Positions 50,013 through 58,409 of a DNA stretch of 64,000 bases are shown here, piece after piece. Location of the stretch: IMG/VR virus record IMGVR_UViG_3300027798_006580. One strand, written 5' to 3'. Each line of letters starts with the position of its first letter. Position 1 is the stretch's first letter. Origin of the DNA: a virus. Below the pieces are notes generated by a model that searched no databases, was not told the origin of the DNA, and saw nothing but the letters and a program-made list of their open reading frames with translations. The translations under genes were made by a program, and so were the position numbers.

Positions 50013-50138
50013 ATGCAAACGATTGTGAATCATAAACATTTTAATACATCCAAGCAGATGGGCTTAGTGCCGTCTATTTGGTTTATTAGCTATGATGATT
50101 CACAAGAGCGTATCGGGGTCCTGGAGACCAAAGTGTAA
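50013..50138 (+). CDS. Putative 41-aa leader peptide
   Basis: AGGA RBS; MQTIVNHKHFNTSKQMGLVPSIWFISYDDSQERIGVLETKV*. Confidence 0.55.
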   Translation: MQTIVNHKHFNTSKQMGLVPSIWFISYDDSQERIGVLETKV

Positions 50139-50162
50139 TAAGATTACATTTTAACTTCCAAG

Positions 50163-50197
50163 GACCCTAGGCTTAAAAACCCTAGGGTTTTTTGTTT
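50163..50197 (+). terminator. Rho-independent terminator with a competing antiterminator
   Basis: ACCCTAGG/CCTAGGGT plus T tract; 50115-50126 complementary to 50155-50168. Confidence 0.8.
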
Positions 50198-50210
50198 GCG
50201 AAAAGGAATT

Positions 50211-50375
50211 ATGACAGACGTAGATATTAAGAAACAAAAAGAAGCTGAGTGGATTCGACAGCATACGTTAACTCGAGAAGAAACTAAACAGTTGATTCTT
50301 AACAAATTTAAACGTGCTGAAGTCATGCACTTAGCTTTGAAAAAGCGGGAGATGTTTGTCAGCAAGCATCGTTGA
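50211..50375 (+). CDS. 54-aa basic small protein
   Basis: AAGGA RBS; MTDVDIKKQKEAEWIRQH..SKHR*. Confidence 0.55.
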   Translation: MTDVDIKKQKEAEWIRQHTLTREETKQLILNKFKRAEVMHLALKKREMFVSKHR

Positions 50376-50585
50376 TCGCAGAGTGTGTAATAAGAGCAGA
50401 AATGCCCAGGAAACGAGGTCCTGACATCGCACTATAAACATTGATGTAAACGGGCGGCGACTAGGATGGAATCCCTTGTGTGGGACTAAAAATTAGATCG
50501 TATTAAAGCATATTACTAAATTAAGGATGGTCCACTACATTGGCCTTAGTATGCTTTAATACACACATTCCAAAGAGTGTGTTTA
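50376..50585 (+). ncRNA. Candidate structured RNA
   Basis: Several helices including 13-bp GTATTAAAGCATA/TATGCTTTAATAC; no ORF. Confidence 0.45.
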
Positions 50586-50587
50586 AA

Positions 50588-51181
50588 TTATTCTTCGGGA
50601 TATGTTACTGTAATATTAGTATAATCGGTTCTATAATGGTGCCCGTGAAACTTATAATGCATGTGAGACCAGTTATATGGTTTTGTGGCATCAAATGGCT
50701 TTCCTATAGATAATGTTATTGGAGCAATCAGTTGACCCGAAGCTTCGTCAATTTGAATATACTTTTTTAAAGTATCCCAAGCTGACATTGCATGAATCTT
50801 GAAACTACAGCAGAAGCCAGTTAAATATCCTTGTTCAATTGCTAGCATGCCTAGTTTAGTTTGTAACCTGCCAATTTGCATCATTGAGTGCATATCGTTA
50901 TTTCTTTTTGGCGTACACAAGATTAATATAGGTGCTATTACCTGAGTATTAGTTTTCCATGCAAACTTAGGTAATTCATATTCGTGATTAGCACTTGAAT
51001 GAATTAATTTTATCTCTGATTCGTCGGTAATAACAAAACTGTTTATATCTAACTTTTCGTGAGAAATAAAGTCATCGTGTGTGTTTTTTATTAAATTCAT
51101 AAATTCACCGTCAAGCTGATTGTGAACATCAAAGGATCGTTGACATTTTTTAAATGTATCTTGTTTAATAAAATTATACAT
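50588..51181 (-). CDS. Nitroreductase-like protein
   Basis: CQRSFD..IG..AIEQGYLTGFCCSF..LSIG. Confidence 0.6.
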   Translation of the reverse strand: MYNFIKQDTFKKCQRSFDVHNQLDGEFMNLIKNTHDDFISHEKLDINSFVITDESEIKLIHSSANHEYELPKFAWKTNTQVIAPILILCTPKRNNDMHSMMQIGRLQTKLGMLAIEQGYLTGFCCSFKIHAMSAWDTLKKYIQIDEASGQLIAPITLSIGKPFDATKPYNWSHMHYKFHGHHYRTDYTNITVTYPEE

Positions 51182-51503
51182 TGATTATGAACCTCGCATT
51201 AATTTCATCGTCGACGACAAAAATTTCTTTAGAATAATTAAGTTTTTTATCAGTTAAGTAGTACTCTATAGAACCTATTGCAATGCCAGTGGCGTGCCAT
51301 TTTTCTATTAATTTTTGATAGTCTTCTTGATAGTTAGGGAATGGATTTACCACTCGATCTCCAAAAAAATCTAAAGTAGATGATATCTCTACTTTAATTG
51401 TAGAATTTGATATTGGAGATATGTTAGCACGAAAATATGTTTTTAAAAAACGAGCAGGGCTCCTTTTAAATATTTCGTTAAGTTCGGTGAATATCTCATT
51501 CAT
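51174..51503 (-). CDS. Hypothetical protein
   Basis: ORF coupled to the nitroreductase-like gene. Confidence 0.55.
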   Translation of the reverse strand: MNEIFTELNEIFKRSPARFLKTYFRANISPISNSTIKVEISSTLDFFGDRVVNPFPNYQEDYQKLIEKWHATGIAIGSIEYYLTDKKLNYSKEIFVVDDEINARFIINV

Positions 51504-51588
51504 ATAAATTATTAGTTTAATATATTTATTATTTTAATACACATATTGATCTGGCCTGGACTAAAATGTCGCAGACAGTATGTTTAAT

Positions 51589-51673
51589 GGAGATGAAGCA
51601 TCAATGGTGATGCAGTGGACTGTAAATCCGCCGCCTTAGGGCACGACTGGTTCGATCCCAGTAATCTCCACCA
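51589..51673 (+). tRNA. tRNA-Tyr(GTA)
   Basis: Loop CTGTAAA, long variable arm, CCA. Confidence 0.88.
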
Positions 51674-51679
51674 AATTTA

Positions 51680-51754
51680 GGTGCGTTCATATAACGGTTA
51701 TTATCTCGGATTGTCTATCCGAAGACGGGAGTTCGACTCTCCCACGCATCGCCA
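51680..51754 (+). tRNA. tRNA-Asp(GTC)
   Basis: Loop TTGTCTA, G73, CCA. Confidence 0.85.
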
Positions 51755-51757
51755 AGT

Positions 51758-51976
51758 TTTGTAAGTGTCAGCAAGTGAAGTCACGCTGTTCAGTATTCTT
51801 CGAAGGTACTGTCTAGTAAAAGGTTGCGGGTTCGATGCCCGACTGATCGCCTTCGTTGGTAATCGGTATACATTATGGCGTATCAGCTGGATGAATCCCA
51901 AGTGACGTACCGACTCCCGTCCGGACTAGTATAATCGGGTGAATGGTGCTGATAACGTGGTAGCACTACTTACAAA
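51758..51976 (+). ncRNA. Candidate ~220-nt structured RNA between tRNA-Asp and tRNA-Trp
   Basis: 9-bp terminal stem TTTGTAAGT/ACTTACAAA enclosing several hairpins. Confidence 0.6.
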
Positions 51977-51984
51977 TTCAATTC

Positions 51985-52058
51985 GTATCCATAGTGTAAT
52001 GGCAGCATCGCGGTCTCCAAAACCGTCAGTCTAGGTTCGAGTCCTAGTGGGTACGCCA
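51985..52058 (+). tRNA. tRNA-Trp(CCA)
   Basis: Loop CTCCAAA, CCA. Confidence 0.92.
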
Positions 52059-52091
52059 AATAAGTAATGCCAGTGTACTAAATAATAGACT

Positions 52092-53342
52092 ATGTCAAAA
52101 ACCAAATTCTCTCAAACTGTTATATGTCCAAATCCATGGACTGCAATGTATTTTCATATCAACTCTCCAAGTCCGTGCCATATCATAAGAAACGGTCTCA
52201 TGAACATGACCATGGAAGAGTATATAAACAGCGAGTGGTTAGTAGACATTAAACAAAAAATGATTAATGGCATACGCCCAAAAGAATGCGAAAATTGCGA
52301 AACGAAAGAAGGATTAGGTCTCAAAAGTACCAGGGGTGCTTCTTGGCGTTACTGGAACATAGGTGAAGAGCCCTATCTAGAAGATCAACCATGGTTTGAC
52401 GATATAACTGTTGATACTCCCACAAAGCCTAAACGAATAGAATTGAGATTTAGTAATTTGTGCAATATGAAATGCAGAATGTGTGACGAAACATCGAGTT
52501 CTGAAATTGCAAAAGAAAAACAAAAATACAATTTAGCCAGTAATGGTATTCATAATCCCGATAATATCTTTTTCGAAGACACTGACGACAGCGTGTTAAA
52601 AATTACTGATGATAATATTCAAGGTTTAAAGAATATCGAATTACTAAGTGAATTGCGTAAAGTATGTTTTACTGGCGGGGAACCATTTCTAATCAAAGGT
52701 TATTATGATTATCTTGATTTTTTAATTGAACACAAATTTAACGAGCAAGTTGAATTAGAATTATTTACAAATACAAGTGTATATAATAAACTGTTTGTAG
52801 ATCGTTTAATGAAATTCCCTAAAGTAGAATTTACCATGAGCATCGACGGCGTTGGTAAAACAGCTGAATACATTAGACACGGTACAAAGTGGGACACAAT
52901 TGAAAAAAATGTATTAACATTCAATTCTATGCCAAAGCCAATATTATGCTCGATAAATGTTGCAATTTCAGCTTATGTTTTGTTAGATGTATCTAATCTG
53001 GCATTATTTTTGATGAGACTATATCGTGAAAATAATAACATATTGATTAAATGTTATACTATATTAGTGCAAAGTCTTCGTTTTACATCTGCACCTGCAC
53101 ATCTCAAAGAACGTATGTTACGTGAAATTGATTTAGCAGTAGATATATTAGACTGTCCTAATTTTGCAATATTTAGAAATGAATTGCTGAATTTACGTCC
53201 GAAGGTGGTGAAGATGTTGAATGTTTCTAGGCCGCTCGATGAGAAGAACTTTATAGAGTTTACTCAAACATACGATAAGATTAGAAACGAATCGTTCGAG
53301 AATACATTTGGTATCCCGTTAATTTTAGATAAGGAAAAATGA
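52092..53342 (+). CDS. Twitch-domain radical SAM protein
   Basis: CNMKCRMC, TGGEP, YIRHGTKW. Confidence 0.9.
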   Translation: MSKTKFSQTVICPNPWTAMYFHINSPSPCHIIRNGLMNMTMEEYINSEWLVDIKQKMINGIRPKECENCETKEGLGLKSTRGASWRYWNIGEEPYLEDQPWFDDITVDTPTKPKRIELRFSNLCNMKCRMCDETSSSEIAKEKQKYNLASNGIHNPDNIFFEDTDDSVLKITDDNIQGLKNIELLSELRKVCFTGGEPFLIKGYYDYLDFLIEHKFNEQVELELFTNTSVYNKLFVDRLMKFPKVEFTMSIDGVGKTAEYIRHGTKWDTIEKNVLTFNSMPKPILCSINVAISAYVLLDVSNLALFLMRLYRENNNILIKCYTILVQSLRFTSAPAHLKERMLREIDLAVDILDCPNFAIFRNELLNLRPKVVKMLNVSRPLDEKNFIEFTQTYDKIRNESFENTFGIPLILDKEK

Positions 53343-53453
53343 CATGAAACGTTCGGCGAAACGATAGTGTCATCTTTGACCCGTATGGTCATGGATGGCA
53401 CGTAAAAGAAAATTTTTACAAATCCATCCACGCTCTTGGAGCATGGATCATAT

Positions 53454-53529
53454 GGGACTATAGCTCAGCCGGTAGAGCAGCGGACTTTTAATCCGTTGGT
53501 CGCGAGTTCGAATCTCGCTGGTCCCACCA
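53454..53529 (+). tRNA. tRNA-Lys(TTT)
   Basis: Loop CTTTTAA, CCA. Confidence 0.95.
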
Positions 53530-53601
53530 TATAGAAACACATTTTTTAACTAGGCATGCCTCTGCAAGGGTTTAACAGCAGTTTTAAGTGTGTTTCTATA
53601 T

Positions 53602-53676
53602 GGTGATATAGCACAGTGGTAGTGCATCCGCTTCATACGCGGCCGGTCGTTAGTTCAAATCTAACTATCACCACCA
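53602..53676 (+). tRNA. tRNA-Met(CAT), elongator type
   Basis: Loop TTCATAC; paired 1-72; no GGG/CCC anticodon stem. Confidence 0.85.
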
Positions 53677-53677
53677 T

Positions 53678-53753
53678 GGAGTTGTTAGTGTAACGGTTAA
53701 CACCACGGATTGTGATTCCGTTAATACGGGTTCGATTCCCGTACGACTCCCCA
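53678..53753 (+). tRNA. tRNA-His(GTG)
   Basis: G-1:C73 pair, loop TTGTGAT. Confidence 0.92.
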
Positions 53754-53762
53754 ATCAAATTT

Positions 53763-53838
53763 GCCGCAGTAGCTCCAATGGTAGAGCAGAGGATTGAAAA
53801 TTCTTGTGTTACTGGTTCAAGTCCAGTTTGTGGCACCA
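53763..53838 (+). tRNA. tRNA-Phe(GAA)
   Basis: Loop TTGAAAA, CCA. Confidence 0.92.
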
Positions 53839-53844
53839 AAATTT

Positions 53845-53919
53845 ACTCGATTCGTCTATCGGTTAGGACATCTGGTTTTCAACCAGGTAAGAGCGGTTCA
53901 ACTCCGCTATCGAGTACCA
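53845..53919 (+). tRNA. tRNA-Glu(TTC)
   Basis: Loop TTTTCAA, CCA. Confidence 0.9.
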
Positions 53920-53923
53920 TTTT

Positions 53924-54000
53924 AGCCTCATAGCTCAGTTGGTTAGAGCAATGTGTTGATAACGCATAGGTCCTCTGTTCGAGTCAGAGTGAGGCTACCA
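53924..54000 (+). tRNA. tRNA-Ile(GAT)
   Basis: Loop TTGATAA, CCA. Confidence 0.92.
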
Positions 54001-54002
54001 AG

Positions 54003-54146
54003 TTTCGGGATAGACGATGGGTTCGAGTCCCTGTCAATCTAGTCACAGTGGGGTTAACTGTGATGACACTATAGTATGATTGATGGGTGTATAAACTTGC
54101 CTATACGAGACACGCTAGTCTATAGTACAAAGACTAGTTCCTGAAA
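54003..54146 (+). ncRNA. Candidate ~145-nt structured RNA with a T-arm-like hairpin
   Basis: Terminal stem TTTCGGGA/TCCTGAAA; GGG-TTCGAGT-CCC; further helices. Confidence 0.55.
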
Positions 54147-54156
54147 ACCTTTTTAT

Positions 54157-54230
54157 TCCCGGGTAGTGTAGTGGCAGCACAACAGACTTTGACTCTGCTA
54201 GTATAGGTTCGATTCCTATCCCGGGTGCCA
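54157..54230 (+). tRNA. tRNA-Gln(TTG)
   Basis: Loop CTTTGAC, G73, CCA. Confidence 0.9.
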
Positions 54231-54237
54231 AAAAAAT

Positions 54238-54313
54238 GCGGCTGTAGCTCAGTTGGTAGAGCATCACGTTGCCAACGTGAATGTCACCGGTTCGAACCCG
54301 GTTAGCCGCTCCA
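54238..54313 (+). tRNA. tRNA-Gly(GCC)
   Basis: Loop TTGCCAA, U73, CCA. Confidence 0.95.
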
Positions 54314-54319
54314 AATAAA

Positions 54320-54407
54320 GGAAGTGTGGCAGAGTGGTCTATTGCAACAGTCTTGAAAACTGTCGGGTCGAAAGGCTCCGTGAGTTCGAATCTCACCGCT
54401 TCCGCCA
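54320..54407 (+). tRNA. tRNA-Ser(TGA)
   Basis: Long variable arm, loop CTTGAAA. Confidence 0.95.
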
Positions 54408-54443
54408 AAAATAAAAAAAGCATATTTGACCTTTAAATACACG

Positions 54444-55373
54444 ATGAAACAACCTATTAAAATTATTCCCAAAAAACCAGTTATAAATATATACTGGAAG
54501 CTCACTGATTTTTGTAACTTTAAATGCAATTACTGTCCTAGTTTCTTGCACAGCGGAAAGTATGCCAATGGAAAATTACCAGGCTTTCCAATTTATTCTG
54601 ACATTATAATTTTTATGGACAAGCTGAAAGCTGTGGCAGCTTCCGGAACGCATTTAAATCTTCAGTTTGGTGGTGGCGAACCGACATTGCATCCTAATTT
54701 CCTTGACATTATAAAATATATGAGTGTAGAAAATGTTTATCTAGGTGTCACTACCAACGGATCTAGAAGTGATGAATGGTGGAGCGAAGCTTTGCCATTT
54801 TTAGATAATGTAACAATGTCCCTTCATCCAGAGTTTACAAAGATAGATAAAGTAAATAATCTGGCAAAATCTATAGTAGAGTCCGGCACTTCGATATTGT
54901 TCAACCTTAGTTGCGATCCTGACAGATGGGATACTGTATTAGAGTTATACGACAATATAGATGATTATTTGAAACCAATGGTAACTACAAAAGTTCTAAA
55001 TTATTTAGAAACAACTAGAGAAAATTATTCTTATACAGATGAACAAACCGCATGGATTAAAAACCACATTGCGAATCCGTCATCATCCCGTGGCTTTATT
55101 AACTCAGTGATATATTTCGACGACGGATCAGCTGAAAATTTAGTCCTGGGTAAAATTACTATCAATAATTGGAATGAATTTAAAGGTTGGAAATGTAAAG
55201 TAGCTAGTCAAAGTTTAGTGATTGATTTTAACGGAAAAGTCAATGCCGGAATATGTAATGCTAAATCTCTGGGTCACATAACTGATTTTAATTTAGATAC
55301 TAACTATCTAGCCTGTCCATTTAAATATTGTACTTGTCCGACTGATATTAGGTCTGAAAAATATAAAATTTAA
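54444..55373 (+). CDS. Radical SAM protein with C-terminal Cys-rich region
   Basis: CNFKCNYC, GGGEPT, TNGS; paralog of 13031-13882. Confidence 0.88.
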   Translation: MKQPIKIIPKKPVINIYWKLTDFCNFKCNYCPSFLHSGKYANGKLPGFPIYSDIIIFMDKLKAVAASGTHLNLQFGGGEPTLHPNFLDIIKYMSVENVYLGVTTNGSRSDEWWSEALPFLDNVTMSLHPEFTKIDKVNNLAKSIVESGTSILFNLSCDPDRWDTVLELYDNIDDYLKPMVTTKVLNYLETTRENYSYTDEQTAWIKNHIANPSSSRGFINSVIYFDDGSAENLVLGKITINNWNEFKGWKCKVASQSLVIDFNGKVNAGICNAKSLGHITDFNLDTNYLACPFKYCTCPTDIRSEKYKI

Positions 55374-55377
55374 CCCG

Positions 55378-55454
55378 CGGTCCTTAACTCAATTGGATAG
55401 AGTGCCAGTCTTCGAAACTGGAAGTTGGGAGTTCGAATCTCTCAGGGCCGGCCA
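55378..55454 (+). tRNA. tRNA-Arg(TCG)
   Basis: Loop CTTCGAA, CCA. Confidence 0.88.
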
Positions 55455-55457
55455 TTA

Positions 55458-56003
55458 TTAAATAGTTTCTTCCCAGGGTCCAGGAAACAATCTTATTAAG
55501 ATCATGATCCTAGTCTGATCACCATTATTGACAACTCTGTGCGGAGTTTTTACTCCCAATATGTATGGCTCATATGTTTCAGCTTCATATATTAGTTCGC
55601 ACTGGTCTTCGGTGTATCTAAAAAATTGATGAGTCTTACCCTTATTGTTTACTTTGACAATGGTATAATCAGAGTTCACTTTAAAAAAATTAATCCAAGT
55701 ATTTTCACAGCCGATTATTGGTATATTTAAACTATGTTTAAAAGGACCACTGTCCATGTGATAAGTTCCGGCGTCTTTTCCAACGGTTACGTTGACAGCA
55801 ATCGAACCCACTGAATCGAGCATTTTTTTACTTTTTAAAAAATCGCGTAGTGCGGCAACTTTAAGAAATATTTCCTTATTATTTTCTATATAAGTTAATG
55901 TTGTTTTATCGAGTAAATATTCAGGTATTAATTTTAATACTTCTTGTTGTATTTCGTTGAGATTTTCGATGTGTACAGGCTTATAAAAATCAGCAGTGTT
56001 CAT
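55458..56003 (-). CDS. 2OG-Fe(II) oxygenase/cupin-like protein
   Basis: HMD..LNIP..PHRV..R. Confidence 0.65.
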   Translation of the reverse strand: MNTADFYKPVHIENLNEIQQEVLKLIPEYLLDKTTLTYIENNKEIFLKVAALRDFLKSKKMLDSVGSIAVNVTVGKDAGTYHMDSGPFKHSLNIPIIGCENTWINFFKVNSDYTIVKVNNKGKTHQFFRYTEDQCELIYEAETYEPYILGVKTPHRVVNNGDQTRIMILIRLFPGPWEETI

Positions 56004-56032
56004 AAAAAGTATTTATACCTATAAATATAATT

Positions 56033-56572
56033 ATGCAATTTATCAAACTTAATAAAAAATTTGATGTTAGTAATTTTACAGAAACATCATTGATCAACGA
56101 ATATGCCATCAATGGCAAGGGCATTGGATTCTATAACATTGATAATTACAATAAAGATTTGATGCTTTCGGTTATCCCTGAGAGATATAGAAAAGATTTC
56201 TTTGCAAGAGAAATGAAAATAAATTATAACATTCCTCCTCATACAGATAGCTACGTGTATGCTACTATAAATTTTTATGTCAAAGCCGTTGATTGCCAAA
56301 CAAATTTCTTTAAGAAAGTAGATGCTAGCCTAGGAGTTAAAATGACTACTCAAACTACTGGCAGGACATTTAAAGAAGAAAATTTAGAACACGCTGGAAG
56401 TTTTGTAGCAGAATCCGGAGATGCTTGGTTATTGGATGTGTCTAGCCCACACAGCGTTAAGAATCTAAAATCCAGTACTGTTGACAGAGTTGCTCTGGTA
56501 TTACAATCAAGTAACTATACCTTTGATCAGGTACACAGTATGTTGCAAGAAACTGGTTACATCGACGATTAG
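56033..56572 (+). CDS. 2OG-Fe(II) oxygenase/cupin-like protein
   Basis: HTD..INFY..PHSV..R. Confidence 0.65.
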   Translation: MQFIKLNKKFDVSNFTETSLINEYAINGKGIGFYNIDNYNKDLMLSVIPERYRKDFFAREMKINYNIPPHTDSYVYATINFYVKAVDCQTNFFKKVDASLGVKMTTQTTGRTFKEENLEHAGSFVAESGDAWLLDVSSPHSVKNLKSSTVDRVALVLQSSNYTFDQVHSMLQETGYIDD

Positions 56573-57120
56573 ATTATAAATTCCTGAAATCTAAGTTTCG
56601 CTTCTGCCATAGTAAGTCTTTTTTTTGTTATTAAATCAACCAATACCACAGTAATGCATAAACGATCTTCTTTTGTAGTAGTTACATTATGCGGACATCC
56701 CGCTTGCACTAAACTAGGATAACTTAATGGGCTACTTTCCGCCAAGTCGACCATATCTGGTCTCCATGGTATATATTGGGTATTGATCGGTGTTTTTTCT
56801 ACTACGGCTGGCGCAGAAGATGTTTCTTTTACTTTATACCAATGCATTAGACTGCCATGGCCGCCGTATATAAAATTTATTTTAACGTAATCACCTCCCA
56901 TGCAATCTGTGTGGATTCCTTGTTTACTTAGGTTGGCATACGGACGAGAATAAAATGATTCCATGTACCAAATTTGTATACCAAGATTTTTTAAAAAATT
57001 AATAAAATCAGGATTTATATTTTCATGATCAATGGGAGTTTGATATTTCTTTTTCAACTCGAGGTGATCTATGGTCGCTGGATTAATATTTAAATTTAAA
57101 TATACGCAATAATCGGACAT
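56569..57120 (-). CDS. 2OG-Fe(II) oxygenase/cupin-like protein
   Basis: HTD..INF..PHNV..R; start reassigned to 57120. Confidence 0.65.
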   Translation of the reverse strand: MSDYCVYLNLNINPATIDHLELKKKYQTPIDHENINPDFINFLKNLGIQIWYMESFYSRPYANLSKQGIHTDCMGGDYVKINFIYGGHGSLMHWYKVKETSSAPAVVEKTPINTQYIPWRPDMVDLAESSPLSYPSLVQAGCPHNVTTTKEDRLCITVVLVDLITKKRLTMAEAKLRFQEFII

Positions 57121-57186
57121 AATTATATTTAGTCGTCGTTTGACTCGAACATCAAAGTATAGTATAATACAAACAAAGGAAAAATA

Positions 57187-57654
57187 ATGCCATGGATTGA
57201 AAACGTAGCCGCAGATGATATCCCAAAAAGATTCCATCACGAGCCTGGTGAGAACAGTATGCTGATCAGTATTGTCGATCCAGCAAGCTGGAGACCTATA
57301 CCTGCTCACAAGTTTAAAGAACAGCATAATTTTGAGTTCCTTGACATTGAAAAGAATGACTTTGCATTAGATGAAGCCATGCGTTGTAGCCAAGAGCAGG
57401 CCAATGAATTGGTAAGACTACTGCAACACGCCAAGCTCAATAGAATGAATGTTGTCGTTCATTGCTATGCAGGCATTTGTCGTAGTGGCGCGGTCTGCGA
57501 AGTCGGAGTGATGATGGGTTTTGAAGATACTGGACGATTCCGTAGCCCTAACTTACTTGTCAAGCATCGCATGATGAAAGCACTGGGATGGACTTATGAT
57601 GAAGATGAAAAGCCCAACATTGATGATTGGCGAACTTTTAAAAATAATATATAA
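57187..57654 (+). CDS. Protein-tyrosine/dual-specificity phosphatase-like protein
   Basis: VHCYAGICRS (CX5R). Confidence 0.85.
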   Translation: MPWIENVAADDIPKRFHHEPGENSMLISIVDPASWRPIPAHKFKEQHNFEFLDIEKNDFALDEAMRCSQEQANELVRLLQHAKLNRMNVVVHCYAGICRSGAVCEVGVMMGFEDTGRFRSPNLLVKHRMMKALGWTYDEDEKPNIDDWRTFKNNI

Positions 57655-57734
57655 AGTTAGTAGTTCGGATCTTTTCGGACATAATTTATTATAAATATAT
57701 TACATGAATGTGTATTTAAATATTGGAGAATTAT

Positions 57735-58409
57735 ATGTATGATCAACTAAAAACTTTGGTAGAAAAAAGAAAAACTCCACGTTTAGTAGAAACTGATAAT
57801 ATATCTGAAGAAAATATTCAAAAAATTCTAGATATTGCAAAATTAGCACCCTCTCTTGATCAAAATTATGGATATAAAATCCATGCGTTAACTAATAGTA
57901 CAGCCGGTATAGAAAAAAAAGAAGCTTTGTTAAAATATTATAGATGTATGAATGGCGACGGCACACATCCAAAAATAACAGATCCGTATAGTGGCAGAGA
58001 AATGATACAACCAATTTTAAGTGGATTAAGTTTGGTATTTGTAGTTACGCCTAAACGAGCTGTTACTATGAAGACCAATGGTATAGATACTTTGATTTTT
58101 TGTATCAGGGATGCAATGATATCGGCAACTTATGCCATGATGGCCGCAGAAAGCCTTGGCTTCAAAGCAGGAGTGTTTGGTAATGTAGATAATAACGGTT
58201 TAGAACATTACCCCAGCGCAACAGCATTGTTCAGTGATGCACCCGGAGCTAGAATTATATTAACAGTTACAGTGGCTAATAAACTAGTTTCCATTCCAGA
58301 AGTTGATGAGAATGGCCGGCATTGGTTTGATTACAAAGGAGAACGTCCTTATGTTTTACCCAATAAACACCAACAGAAAACTGTAATGCCCGAAGTTATC
58401 ATGACATGA
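57735..58409 (+). CDS. Nitroreductase family protein
   Basis: R..R, AKLAPS, MMAAESLG. Confidence 0.75.
   Translation: MYDQLKTLVEKRKTPRLVETDNISEENIQKILDIAKLAPSLDQNYGYKIHALTNSTAGIEKKEALLKYYRCMNGDGTHPKITDPYSGREMIQPILSGLSLVFVVTPKRAVTMKTNGIDTLIFCIRDAMISATYAMMAAESLGFKAGVFGNVDNNGLEHYPSATALFSDAPGARIILTVTVANKLVSIPEVDENGRHWFDYKGERPYVLPNKHQQKTVMPEVIMT

Noticed and set aside
48071-54529. Track ORFs overlapping tRNAs (48071, 51701, 53633, 53712, 54115, 54302)
   Set aside because: Translations of tRNA sequence without RBS or protein motifs
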